DNA of 64,000 bases, from positions 77,006,001-77,070,000 of the forward strand of contig NC_087436.1 of NCBI RefSeq assembly GCF_036321535.1. Reading direction: 5' to 3'. Positions 24,891 through 38,137 of the stretch are shown piece after piece (position 1 is the first letter of the stretch; each line of letters opens with the position of its first letter). The notes under the pieces are model-generated. The model searched no databases, was not told the DNA's origin, and saw only the letters and a list, made by a program, of their open reading frames with translations. Origin of the DNA: Camelus dromedarius. Taxonomy: Eukaryota. A program made the position numbers and the translations under genes.

Positions 24891-25238
24891 GCCAGATTTA
24901 CAGATGACTGCAAGTTCAGGGAGCGATTTCAAGAGAACAGCTATAACACCTATGCCTCAGCGATACACAGAACTGAGAACACAGGGCGGGAGTGGTACGT
25001 GGCCCTGAACAAGAGGGGGAAAGCTAAACGGGGCTGCAGCCCCCGGGTTAAACCCCAGCACATCTCCACTCACTTTCTGCCAAGATTTAAGCAATTGGAG
25101 CAGCCGGAACTTTCTTTCACAGTTACTGTTCCTGAAAAGAAAAAGCCACCTAACCCCATCAAGCCAAAGGTCCCCCTTTCCACATCTCGGAGAAGCCCCA
25201 GCCCGGTGAAGTACAGACTCAAGTTTCGCTTTGGATAA
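24891..25238 (+). CDS. FGF5: FGF5 coding exon 3 through the stop codon
   Basis: Strong pyrimidine tract, then ctag|GCC AGA TTT ACA GAT GAC TGC..., encoding [66 protein letters not shown]...KYRLKFRFG*. Total CDS 361+104+348=813 nt. Confidence 0.98.
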   Translation, partial: ARFTDDCKFRERFQENSYNTYASAIHRTENTGREWYVALNKRGKAKRGCSPRVKPQHISTHFLPRFKQLEQPELSFTVTVPEKKKPPNPIKPKVPLSTSRRSPSPVKYRLKFRFG

Positions 25239-25925
25239 TTCTCATCTTGGCCGTGAGGAACCGCGCAGTTCCCTCAAGAGTTTCCCTAGATGTTTTTAGT
25301 GCCCTGAAGACAGAGTTTCGGACACAGCTTCAGCTCTACTACACTGCATCGAAGCCAGGTCATTTGTTTCAGTCTGACTGAAACAAAACGTTTTCTGATA
25401 GGAACTGAACTGGAATTCTTTGTACCAACATGAAGAGCGCACTGCTTCAATTCAGTGCCACATAAAGCCTTTTGCTTTATGCTTGACGCGTCCTGGTACT
25501 CTGGTTCCAGAAAGTTAAATGATGGGAACTATGTACTTTTCTGACTTTTACAGGTCAACCTGAAAAAACATACATGGTACATTTTTTATTTTTGGTTTCC
25601 AAAGAATATTTTGATGCAGATAAAAATATTTTATTAACTTTTGTTTTTTGTTTTTTTAAAAAAACATACCTCTGCATTGAGCATATTTTCTTACTTTTAT
25701 TATTTTAATTAATAAGACATAAAACAACCATTTGAATACAGTTTATGAATTATAAATGTGTTTATAGCCCATTTGTAACAAGTGGATTTCCCTTTCATTT
25801 TTCTTATTCATTGCACTTTTAATTTTTATTATTATTATTATTTTTACCATACCTCAGATCATGTAAGTTTAGTTTTACATCTTAAAATGTTTAAATTCTC
25901 TTCAATAGCACCAAAGGCTCAGCCT

Positions 25926-25927
<2 letters not shown>

Positions 25928-25968
<41 letters not shown>

Positions 25969-25975
25969 TGTGTGT
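25928..25975. repeat. (TG)n microsatellite in the 3' UTR
   Basis: Read directly. Confidence 0.95.
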
Positions 25976-27174
25976 AAATTCATGATCGTATATGGAATTC
26001 TATCTCTTTGGTGCTTGGACTTTAATGGGTTAGAAGTAAGGAAAAAATATAAGGACTTTTTTTGGTAGAATTGAAAGCTGTAGATAAGGAAAGGATTAGA
26101 GGTACAAGCACACTGAGTTCACAGCATTTACTGGTACTAATTCCGCCTCGCCTTCACTTGTCCTTTTATCTACCCTGCCCTCATTCTTTAACAGCTGGAT
26201 GAATACATTTTATTCTGTCCCTCAAGCATACACTATGAAACCAGAGTGCTTAAAATACCTCTTCCATGACCCTCTGCTCTCCCCACTGTATAGATCCACA
26301 GGGAGCAACCCACTTAGTGGAATAACAGTTTTCCACGTCAAGTCCCATTGTCAAAGTACTCCTATTACTCAGTCAAACACCCTTTGAGTTTTCTATCCTA
26401 AACATAACCATCCCAGTGAATAGATCTGCCCCTTTGTAAGGAAACTTTCTGATGTATGTTTTTAAAAAGTTGGCCATGTGATACGGGAAACTTAATTTGG
26501 GAATTTGATGCATTGAAAATGGCACTTAACTGCCAACCCAAATACTGAATGTTGGGCATAAATCACAGACAATTTAGTTTAAGAGAATTTACACAATTTA
26601 CTTTCTTGGGTAGTCATTTTTATGGAATTCTATGAAATATAAGTATTTATCTTCAGAAATGAGGCAATAGGAAAGGTAGAGCTAATGTTTAAAAGAATGT
26701 CTCATAGGAAGAGCAAAAGAGTTCACAGAAAGTTTATGGTTTGCATTTAAGCATATTTCTTATAAGGAATTTGCTAAACTTATTTTTTGAGCAAAGTATG
26801 GTTTATTTTGGTGCACAAACGCAATGTGGAAACTCAACAAAATTCAAGTTACTACCACTTAGGCAGATAGCTTTGTTTTAATGGAAACAAATTATACACA
26901 TATATATTATATATAATATATAAAATCCATCCGTCAACTAAAACATCACACACATACTCTGTGTCTTATTGTAAAACTAATAATCTGGTTAAACATTTGG
27001 ATTTAACGCATGATTTTTAAAAAACAAAATAAAATGCTACAAAAGTCGTAATTAATTTATACATTAAAAACCTCCTGGATTAAATGAAACAATGAAATTT
27101 TGCAAACCAAGGTATGTCCAATTCTTATCCAATTGGCATATCACCTTATATACATGGTATAAAGCTAAAAATAA

Positions 27175-27290
27175 TCCTCTAGTTTATTCTAATATAGTGT
27201 TAAGAATTATGCACTGTGTATCAAGTTCATAGTCCTCTAGTTTATTCTAATATAGTGTTAAGAATTATGCACTATGTATCAAGTTCATAG
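27175..27290. repeat. 58-bp tandem duplication (two copies, one mismatch)
   Basis: Units 27175-27232 and 27233-27290 differ only at gcactGtgt versus gcactAtgt. Confidence 0.95.
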
Positions 27291-30200
27291 TACATGTGAA
27301 AAATAAAATTGCAGGACAGGAGAATGGTAGACATGTGTTCCTAAATGGACAAGAGAAAGACGACATTAATGATGATTAACAGCAAATTAAATTAGTGCAT
27401 ATATTGTATTAGGCAAATGTTGCTGGTAGTTTATGTTAAACTAAAAAATAACACCTTATCTGTACTCTTTGATTTGATTAGCATATGAAGGTTAAAGTAG
27501 AATAGCTACCAAATATACATTATGCAAATCAGGACTCATTAATTTCAAAATTTAAAGCCAAGCTAAAGTTTAAAAAAAAGCAACTTTAAATTACACTTAT
27601 CTTTAGTTTACTGGCCATACACAATTACATTTAATTAAAGCTCACTGAAGCATAAAGTTACCTAAATTAATTAATTGGAAAAACTCATGTAGAAAAAACT
27701 TCATGTAGAGTATAAATATAATCCTCACTAATATTTAGCACCTTTTAAGGAGATCTTTGCTTATGTAGTTTTTGGTGATTTTTTAAGTGATTAGATTTAT
27801 CTGACATTAAATAAAGTTATTTAATTGTGATTGTGTTCACCTAAAAATGTCAACAAATTTTACCTTACAATTTAGAAACCTCATTTGCCTAGAAGAGAGA
27901 TGACAAACACCTTCAGACTAACATTTCAGTTTTATTAATTATATTATGTTCAATTTAATTTAAGATATTCTTTATTTGGAACATCAGCAGAGATAGAGGT
28001 TTTCAATAAGATGTGATAACACTGTGGTTTCTATTTCACAAAATATACCATTACTTTCTTCTAAAGAAACTAATTTGAGAATGTGGGTATATATAAATTA
28101 ACTTAGTTCTTTTAGCTGAGTTATGGTGACTCAGCTGTTCAAAACTGTGTGACAGTTATAAAGGACACTGACAAAATTTCCAAATTTAACAATTATATCT
28201 TCTTAGATGCTTTTATTTCTTGTACCTGAAAATAAAACACTATAAATCTGGTAGGCAAATTTTCTATAAAGTTGATATTGAAGTAAGAAACTGAACATTT
28301 TTACCCTTCCAAAAGAGAGAGGACTAAGCCATGACTTCTGACATTTTTCAAAAGGAAATGAGAATATTGCACTACCTGAAAACTTGAATTCTGGCACCAT
28401 TTTTTACAGCTGCAGAAAATTTCTTGTACAGTTAATTTTTAAAATAAGAAACAGTATTGTAGACATTGCTGTGATGGGAAGTAAACAAAAATAACTTGTC
28501 CAAGGAATTCTATACCTTCGTTAAAATTTATTTCATTGCTACATCTAAATTTTGATCATGTAAAATCTATTTTTAAGCCAACCATCTTTTTACAAATTTT
28601 GAAAGAAGTTTTTGGGTAAATGAACATGACCCCTTTATTTTTCTTTTGGAAGTCAGTTTAATTGTAATAGTCAGTTTTTGAAATAAGATTATCCTATGAT
28701 TAGGCATTGTGCAAGAAAAGTGTTACTTCCTCAATCTCACTTCCTGGGAGAGAAAGGACGAGAACTCGGCCTGAGTCAGGGGAGGCATTTTTATACCTAA
28801 GAATCACATACAGTGTCCACACATACCATCAGAATATTGAACTACAATTCATCCATTGCTATTTAAATGATTTTATGTCATAAAAATACTAGGTTAGAAT
28901 CAAGAGGTCTTACATACTTTTTATTTTATTCAATTGGCTTTTGTCCTGACTGCCGTATAATTATCACAAGTCACTCTCTGGGCTTCGTTCCGCTATATGA
29001 TCTCTGACATTATTTCCAGCTTCATCATCAATAATTGCATGAATCTTCAAATGTAGAAGTACCAAAAAGAGGGCATGGTTCCTCTTCAGGTAAAACTAAA
29101 AATCTATATCCAGATGAAACTAGACAACCACATGAAAAAAATTGTCAAAACAGTAATAAACAGATATTTTTTAAAGACTTGTCTTAGATTAAGAAAAAAT
29201 GATCTGTGAAGAGATTTAAAAAACAGGGATCAATTCTGGGCTTATCTTTTCATAAGGGACTTTGCAAATCTGAATTAACCCAGATAGGATTGGTCAGGGT
29301 AGTATCATTGTTGATAATAAATAGTTCTAAGACCTTAATTACACATGTAATTTTTGAACAACTCTGTTTTGACTAAAATCCCACTTTCTCCATGAAGCCT
29401 TCTAGAAATTCATGAAGAAATATGAGTAATCTTGTTGACACCATCCTTCAAATATGTATAGCTCATGACATAACTTTCCATCACCATTCCCTTACTATTC
29501 CACTGTGTCAGTATTTTCTGAGACCCTGCTGGCGAGCTCAAGGCACTCAGCTGGTGAAATACGTTTTTATTTGGCTTGATACTTATTCAGTATGTTCCTT
29601 GAGGTTAACACCAGCGTATTCTCAGATTTTGAACTTCTGCAGGGAATATAGCTGCTCTCTCCTTGCACGTTGTCTAATGCAAGTGCAGCCTAATAAAAGG
29701 AACTTAAGAAATGCTCTTAGCTGATAGCAATTTTGAATAATGTGTTCCTTTGACTTAAACACTTTGTGGAGGTTATTGGACATTCTACTTATTCAAAGTA
29801 CTGCCTATATAATTATATTTGTAGGTTCCTGGAATATGTCAAGTGCTCAGAAATGCTTATAGGATGGATGTAAGTGCTGGATAAGATTTATTTGATGAAG
29901 ATGACGGTGATGGTTAAGAGAATTTCATGAGGAAAAAAAAGATAATTTCATGTAAGATGTGAAATGGCTCCAACAACAAGAGTAAGAACTCTGGCTGCTG
30001 CACTCACTGTCCTTGGACTTCTCAAACACAGATCCCAAGTCCAGACTAAAACTGTCAGGCGCTTGCAAGCTGCATTTAAGTATCAATAAATCAGTCATCG
30101 TATGAAACTTCAATTTAATTGGCAATCATAAAAATAGGTTACTGTGCAAATCCCGATGACTTTGCTATTTGCAGGCCAAACAAGCAGTCCGGTGGGGCAT

Positions 30201-33062
30201 CAGTAGGTATCAGTGGGAGGGTGAAGACATTACTTTTCGGTAATTTGTTTCTAGATGTGCTTTTTCCCCCTTTTCTCAGATAAACTCTCTCCAAGAAGAT
30301 CGCCTTTTTCTGTCGCCTACAGAGAGATTAGAGAATGCATAATCACACAGTGACAGGTCCGGTGCCAATGTGTTTCTCATTAAATTCTCTGTCACTCCCT
30401 CTGTGGGAAACTGGAAGATTTATCAGATTTTCATCCAGGGAGGTGAATTTCTGCTGAGGAGGCAACACAGTGTCTTTTACTCTCTGGGGTGCAATTACAG
30501 CTCTGCTTCAACAACCTTGCTTCGTTTCACCACCAGGCTCTCTTTGTGGGATGTGTGCATTCCATAACTTGTTTCCATGCTTTGACACAGGTTACAGCTT
30601 TACATTTTTTGAAGTTTGCTAGTTGTGCTGCATTCTTCTCCATAAAGTGCCCCTGAGATCAAGTGTAACTATACTGGAGTATTAAATGTATTGGAAGACG
30701 AAACACAAACCTCCCACACAACCACCATCCTAACAGGGCAGAAAGAGTTTAAAATCTAGAAGCAAAAAGCAGCAAAAAGTTGTATGTTCCTTGCCTATTC
30801 TCTCTCTCTCTCTTTTTTTTTTTTTTTTTTTTTTGCATACAAGGTGCATTACGAAGGGGTGAAAACATGTTTTCTGTTTAGGTAATGAAAGACTAACAGT
30901 CACGGCAATGACTACTCTAAATCTCTGAGACCTGCAGTTCCTGTAAATAATGCTTAGGAGGGAAAGCCATGCCCATTTATGTTGCCCCATTTGTTATATC
31001 ACTCAGAAATAAAACTGGGTTGGTTCTGAGTGAGAGTTTGTTTTCACCTTAGAAATCAGGTTGCCTGAGATTCTCAGCTTCTACAGTCTGGAGAGCAAGA
31101 GATCAAATGAGAAAAAGACAGCCCAGTGTGCTGGTGCAGAGCACAAACCACAAGCTCTCTCTGCTAGTCAAGTGAGTTTAATGTTTAATGATGAGAAATT
31201 AACTCGGTCCAGCAAAGTCCAAAGGAACTTACTCAAACTAAGGGAATAATGATTTCTTGGTTGCTAATCATTTATGGCAGAAATCGCTAATGAATTTCTA
31301 ATGGAAATTCAATGGTTATTTAACTCCTTAAAAGATACTGGCACTGTGCTGCGGTCTTGGGGATAGAATTAAACATAGCACCTGTTTCAGGGGAAACTTA
31401 CACTCTTGCATATATTATCAGGGCAGTGGATTAATTCTTTTGAGTGTTCCATCCAGTTCACAGTTAGTGTCATTCAAAAATGACAGTTATTCTTGCCAAA
31501 GGAATTTAATATGTTAGGTTACTACTTACCACAGGAGACCCAAAAGCTTAAGCTGTGGGTTACATTATAGCTTTGAAAGAACTTCAGACACTCCTTTGGC
31601 ACTCCCTTTGGAAATTTTTAGCATGTTTTCCATCGGTTATTGACAAAGATGCAAGATTATCCTATAGTCATTGAAAAATAATTAGGAGCCCAATAGAGCA
31701 TGTGAAAATGTGATGTACGCTTTTCTAGGGAGATCTCCAATTCTATTTGTTATAACGTTGATCTGATAGCTAGGATAGGAGATCAATGGATGTCTAATTT
31801 CAGTATTGCTTAAAAATGGGAGAAACTGGTGTTTTTCTTCTTCCCAGAGTCTGATTTGTTTCCCATGATAAAGGTGTCTACAGGATAGAAACAAGTGTGT
31901 AGGCTAAAAAATCAAAATTGAATATAGCCCTGAATCTTGCCTAACCTTTCAGCTCTTTTCAACCTGTTTGCGGGAAGCTGGAAAATTAACAATCTAGCAC
32001 TTAAAAAAAAACTCTACCTCCCACTTTTGGTCTTAAACAAAGGATTGTATCAGACTCCCTTTGAGAACAACTGCTGCTTTGGGGGCTGCTAGGCTTAGCG
32101 CAAACGAACCTCCCCCAGGACATTTGAGGGGGCTGGCAAATGTTGTCGTGTCTACCTTGAGTGTTACAGAGGCACCCTTGCAGTGCTTTCAGCTAGCGTT
32201 CCTGTAACGTTGGCCTGCAGTCAATAAATATTTCATGTCTCTCGCCCCCAGGGTGTGCTCAGAGGACCACCCTGCAAGTGTCTGCCTCTGCAGTCGGTCA
32301 CAGCTTCACGCTGTGGGCGGAAAGGTGGGTGTGGAGCCAGAGGCAGGATGTGCAGGCAGGATCCAATGTGGTTAAAATTTCGGATCACTGGTCTGGCTGT
32401 AGGGGATCTGGAGACTTCATGTCAACACTTATTCTGGGAGAAGCATATCCACCAGAGGGTTATCAGCCTGCATCAGCGTGACTCACTCAAGGGTTAATAG
32501 AAGGAAGCATTCATAAGAGGTGAGGTTGTAGAGAGAAGTAGAGGCTTCTCATACGACTCATTGTTGAGGGGATGTAGAATGCCATCTTCCGTTTGGGAAG
32601 GAAACTCTCAAAATTTCCCAAAGGCAGGCACCCAAATGGGAAAGGGTTCTCGTATCCTTAACTCTTTGAAACCTGTCATGTGCCATGTGTCGAAAGTCAT
32701 GCACTAAGTGAATATTTAAAAAGCTGAATGATTCAGGATTTGGTCAAGGTTCTCATTGTCTAGTAAAGAGACTCAAAGGCCAGAGAGGGTAGAGCCAGTT
32801 TTGTATCCTTGAAGAAAATAAGAGGGGAAATGAAAATGAAATCTCACGTTGACTTTCAAGCCTGAAATCAGCTTCCCCCCACCCTAATGGAGGGTGGGTC
32901 CGGCTGACTTAAACTATCATTTGGAGGGCTTACTTAGCTCCCGCTTCTTCGTTTTTCACAGACGTTGGTTGAGTACCTATTGTATGCCTACTACAGGATA
33001 AAGTATTGTCTACAAGGAGATAGATGAGACATGGTTTCTTCCCTCAAGAAGCTTATAGTCTA

Positions 33063-33087
33063 GAAGGGAAGGGAAGGGAAGGGAAGG
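33063..33087. repeat. (GAAGG)n pentanucleotide repeat
   Basis: Read directly. Confidence 0.9.
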
Positions 33088-33614
33088 TGGACAGTTTAAC
33101 CAATAAGCCCCAGCCATGCTACGATGGAGGGGCGGGGGCAAGCAGGCAATAACATTAGCATTAAAACTTGACTACTCTAATGACTACTACCACCTCGCAT
33201 TTGACCAGCACTTTTTAGTTTTAATCTACACTTTTGGTTTTCAGAACATATTTAGCTACCTCACCTTATTAGATATATAACTAAAACACCTAAAAGGAAG
33301 TGAAGTGCTGGCACTTGACCTTGGATGCTGTGGTGCTGGACGCAGATTCCCTCTTTGGTGCTGTGATACTTATTCCCCAGAGGCTGGAAACTCAGCTGCT
33401 CAAGGCTGTGGCCAAGGGTACACTCACGCCCAGGGGCACCGTGAGGTCAGTGACTGGCTGATTCAGAGACTCAATGGCCCAGCCCACTTGCCACAGTTTG
33501 CAAGAAAAATGGAGGACTGTGCTAGCTTCAAAGTGCCCCAGGATCAGCTGAGGTCCCTGTTGTAACCATGTAAAGTGTCACCTCCCTCTACCCTGCCTTC
33601 TACATTTCCTTACA

Positions 33615-34085
33615 GGTAAGGATAGAGATAAAATACAACATTCCAGTTAAATTTAAATTCCAGATATAAAACAAGTAATGTTTTAGTATTAGTATATTCA
33701 ATATTGCTTGGGCTGGGTTTTTTTTTAAATTATTATTATTATTATTATTTTTGAAGTGTAGTCGATTTACAATGTTAGTTTCAGGTGTGTTCAAAGTGAG
33801 TCAGTTATACACATACCTACCTACATTTCTATTTATTCCAGATTCTTGTCCATTACAGATCATTACAAGAAACTGAATATAGTTCCCTGTACTATACAGT
33901 AGGTTCTTGTTGTTTATCTATTCACCCCCAGCCCCACCCCAACGCTGCCCTTTCTCCCCTGGTAAGCACAGTTCGTTTTCTATGTCTGTGAGTCTATTTC
34001 TGGTTTGTAAATAAAATTTGTATATATATATATTTTTTTTAGATTGGGCAGCCTGTCTTTTTATTTGCTAAATTTGGTAACCATA
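33615..34085. mobile_element. MER53-like hAT element, interrupted by an L1 fragment
   Basis: Left arm agataaaatacaacattccagttaaatttaaattccagata; right terminus cctgtctttttatttgctaaatttggtaaccata. Confidence 0.65.
33718..34043 (-). mobile_element. L1 3' UTR fragment (artiodactyl-type)
   Basis: T-rich tail, tttacaatgttagtttcaggtgt, gaatatagttccctgtactatacagtagg, gttttctatgtctgtgagtct. Confidence 0.85.
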
Positions 34086-34529
34086 CTTGTAGATGTTACT
34101 CTCAAGAGCACTCCCCAATAAACCTTCTGTGTGCTACTTTCAGCCACAGGTGGTTTCCAGGAAATCCATTCTCTAGGAAAAGTTATTATGGTCAGTAAAA
34201 ACCAAGGAGTAGCTTGCAGTGCAAAGGAAAACTCAGAGAGGAACAAGAAGATCTAGAAGTTCCTCTTTCTACATTTGGGGGGACATATTTCAACATTCTC
34301 CTGGGCAGAAAGAACTTTATACTCATAAGCAACACCAAATTCAGAAGTTTTGGCAGCTATACAAACCTTAAAATATTATTTATCCAAAATGTGATCTTTA
34401 GGCATCAACTCTTCCCTCAAGATGTTATCTGTTGGTCTGTGCGTTTGTACGTGTTATATAGAAACACATGGACTCTGTTTTCTTAAAGTTATACAAGGAA
34501 TGTAATCAATTGGTGACTTACCAACATTT

Positions 34530-35703
34530 CTGAAGCGCTCTTTAAAAAAAGTTGATCACTCCCTCCTTCATTAAACGCATTTTTTAGTTATTTTCCCAAG
34601 TGCCACTTGCTCCTGTCTTTCTGCTAGCTCAGTGCCTGCTCCTTTCTCTTCCATCTGACCTCTAAACTTCCCGGGATCCCAGGGCTCAGTTTTTGGCTCT
34701 TTTCTACTCCCTCTCAAAGCTCCCCACCGTGTGATCTCACCTCTGCTTTAAATACCATCTGTATGCTGCTGACTCCCAAATTAAAATCCCCAGCCTCAAC
34801 CTCTCCCAGAGCTCCAGGTTCACACAATCAACTGCCTACTCTACATTGCTACTTGGATGTCTAACAGGAATTTCAACCCTAGCATGTCCAAAACTCAACT
34901 CTTGTTCCCAAACCGGTTAAGCTTCCAGACTTCCACAGTTTAATAAACAGCATGATGACATATTCAGTGACTTGAGCCAAAAATCTAGGAATCATTCTTG
35001 TGCCTCCTCTTTCCCTCGTAACCCTCATGCAATCCGCCCATCCCTCCTTTTCCCTAAACCTTCAAAATAAATCCTGAATCCTACCATCTCTCTCAACTCC
35101 ATACCTTAGTCCAGACCACCCTTGTCTCCAACTCCATCTGTTGCTATGGCTTCCCAACTCATCTCTCTTCTTCTCACAATAAGAAGTCAGAGTAAGTCAG
35201 AGAAGTCAGAGTAAGATTTCTAAAACTTGAATCTTGTCTTGTCATTGTCCTGCTCAGAACCTTTAATAGCTCCCCAGCCCACTAGAATGGACCCAGCCCT
35301 TCTTTCACTCTCCTATCACATCTGCTCTCCTTCAGCCTCCTCCCTCTGCTCCAACCACAGTGGCCTGAAATGCCTTTCCTCCAGGTCTTCAGCAATGCCA
35401 TGCTTTGTCCCCTCCGAGATGCCTTCCCCGATGGCTCTGTTTGAAGCCTCCTTCCCAAGTTAGTCCATCTCACCCCCTCCTTATTATTCCTTAGAGCACT
35501 TTACACTCTCCCAAGTATCTTACGTGATTCTGTGTCTACTGATTTCCCCCAAGGAACTGTAAGTAGTCTGTCTTCCCCAATTCGACTGTAGGCACCTTGA
35601 GGGAAGCCACCCTGTCTGGTTTATTCATTGCAGAGTCTCAGGCACTGAGCCTTGTGCCTGGAATATAAGAGGCAGCCACTATTCATGGATTGAACGAATG
35701 AGT
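34530..35703 (+). mobile_element. L2 LINE 3' portion
   Basis: ctttaaataccatctgtatgctgctgactcccaaatt...caactgcctact...acttggatgtcta, ending in gtgcctggaatata...tgaacgaatga. Confidence 0.85.
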
Positions 35704-35705
35704 AT

Positions 35706-36880
35706 GGTCACTTTTGTTACAGTGCTTCTTTTGAAAATGCTAATTAGTTCCAACTCAGTTGATATGTAAAGGAACAATCTGAACAAAATGTGAATTTGTG
35801 TTTGCTTATATGCAATTTCATTGGTGAGAAATACTATGCATTTCAGATGAACCAAACTGCATACATGTGCATAATAAATATATACTGCACACTTCTCATG
35901 AAACCAATGAACCACATCTGTCCACATCTGGTTTTACAACTTTCCACTCGATTTAGATAACACCTCCCTGAATCGTTTTATGGACTGAATTGTGTCCCCC
36001 CCCCTCCAAATTCATATGTTGAATTTCTAACTCCCATGTATTTGAAGATCAGGCCTTTAAGGAGATAATTAAGGTTAAACAAGTTTATAAGAGGGGGGCC
36101 CTAATCTGATAGGACAGGTGTCCTTGCAAGAAGAGAAAGAGGCAGCAGAGAGCCTTCTCTCTTTCTCCCTCCCACTCCGCCCCCACCAACAATGCACAGG
36201 CTTGCACACAGAGGAAAAAGGCCATGTGAGGACACGGAGAAGCCAGTGGTCTGATGGCCAGGAGGAGAGCCCTTACCAGAAACTGAGTCTGCTAGAACCT
36301 CAGTCTGGGACTTCGAGCCTCCAGAACTGTGAGGGAATAAATTTCTGTTGTTTAAGCCACCCAGTCTGTAGGTTTTTGTGATGGCAACCTGGGCAGATGA
36401 GTACAAAGCACTTGACAGTAACTCACAAGCCACACCCCTTCCCACAGCCCAGCACCCTCCCTTCTTTCATTCTCCACTTTCTCCTCACAGGCTTTTTGGT
36501 GTTTTTTTCCTCTCTGTTCTGTTTTTTTTCTTTATCTCTCTTTTATGATAAAAGTATTATTCATTTGCTTCCTCTCCCTCTTTCTGATCTTTTTCTATTT
36601 CACAGAGTATACTGGAAACTTAAGTATAAGCGAATGTAAGACTTTTTTTTAAGGTAAAATGACATATTTATTATAGTATTTACATATTTCTTAACCATTT
36701 AATGTGTATAAACTGTGCTATTATTTTTATTAGGTTCCTATCCTTTTTTAATGTGTCACTGATAAAGTTTTGAGTGTTGTATTTCTAACCCCCTCATTTT
36801 CTCCTGTTCTTTTTATTGCATAATTTTGCATATTGCAGTGATTTTTTTAGGAATGCATATATTGAATTATAGAAACAAAC
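35706..36880. mobile_element. Tigger-type (Tigger8-like) DNA transposon remnant split by an MLT1 LTR
   Basis: Termini resemble Tigger8: ...ttttgaaaatgctaattagttccaac... and ...gcataattttgcatattgcagtgattttttaggaatgcatat. Confidence 0.5.
35975..36405 (+). mobile_element. MLT1A-like MaLR solo LTR
   Basis: tatggactgaattgtgtcccc...aaattcatatgttgaa...gcctccagaactgtgagggaataaatttctgttgtttaagccacccagtct. Confidence 0.9.
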
Positions 36881-37626
36881 ATATTCACACATATATATAG
36901 CACAAAAAGGTATCCTGACTTTATAAATGAAGCAAAAGATCGAAGCCTCAGGCATAAGTCATAATGTATTCTTTACTGTGCCAGGCAAGCTTCTGTATTA
37001 TATCTTCTGATATTAAACCTTAGCAACCAACTTTAATCTAATAATCTTTGAAGTAAATTGTCTTTCTGTGGCGATATTTGCCTTTGCAAAAGACGTAAGG
37101 ATATGGCTTAGATAATTTAGGTCCAAAGTCTTCCACTGACAATGCTGTATAGAGTGAAATTTTAAATGGTATACCCTTATTGCTGGATGCAATACATTGA
37201 ATTGACAATTGTTTCGTTCATGGTTTACTTCATTTTGTAGGTCAAATATACATTCATTCTTAAATGGTATGTTTCAAATCACACAGTTCAGTAGCAAATA
37301 AAAATAAAGCAGATTAATACATAAGCAATCATTTTATTATAGTTTTAAGAAGCTGTGCACTTTATTATATTTATCAAACATGGACTATGCGCAAATATGC
37401 AAAAATGACTAAAGAAGATTTCTTCTTCTGTTAGTTATTCCACTTCTGTGTATGTCCTCCAAAGCTGGGACCCACGGGTCTACTGCTCGTAAGAGGAAGT
37501 GCTGCAATCGGCAGATGTGAGTCTGTGTCCTGACCTTACCCCTCTCGTGAATTAACTGGAAAGGCTTGGACATCTCAATGGGGTTTAACTTGATGATTTG
37601 TAAAGTTCCCCAGCAATGTGAGCTGG

Positions 37627-38137
37627 TGTATTAGTCAGGGTTCTCTAGAGAAATAGAGCCAATAGGATATATATTTATATCTATATATTTATATAGGTAT
37701 CTACCTATCCCTATCTATCTATTTTTCTATAGAAGAGATTTATATAGGAATTGATTCATGTGATTAGGGAGGCTGAGAAGTCCCATATTCCATCATCCAC
37801 AAGCTAGAGAACCAAGAAAGCCAATGGTATAATTCAGCCTATGTCCAAAGGCCTGAGAACCAGGAGCACTGATGTCCGAGGGCAGGAAAAGATGGATGCC
37901 CCAGCTCAAGCAGAGAGAGTTTATCTTCCCTCTACCTTTTTGTTCTGTTTGGCTTCTCAGTGGATTCAATGATGTCCACCCTCTTTGGGGAGGGTGATCT
38001 TCTTTACTCAGTCTACACACTTAAATGGTAATCTCTCCTGGACATGCTCTCATAAATCCATTTAGAAATAATGTTTTACCAGTTACCCGGGCATCCCTTA
38101 ACCCAGTCAAGTTTACACATGAAAATAACCATCACAG
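37627..38137 (-). mobile_element. MLT2-type ERVL solo LTR
   Basis: tgtattagtcagggttctctagagaaa...gaggctgagaagtccca...cccagtcaagtttacacatgaaaataaccatcaca. Confidence 0.9.

Larger units (their letters stand above)
25239..28260 (+). other. FGF5: FGF5 3' UTR (3' end uncertain; AATAAA candidates near 27302, 27810, 28231, 29692)
   Basis: AT-rich sequence without obvious interspersed repeats after the stop. FGF5 is known to have a multi-kb 3' UTR. The true cleavage site cannot be read from sequence alone. Confidence 0.5.

Noticed and set aside
24748..25008. 86-aa alternative-frame ORF over exon 3, with cryptic acceptors at 24816 and 24895
   Set aside because: No transcript evidence. The canonical acceptor at 24890 has a much stronger pyrimidine tract, and cryptic AGs are common.
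27175..27290. CRISPR-like or other repeat array
   Set aside because: Eukaryotic DNA; a two-unit tandem duplication with no spacers.
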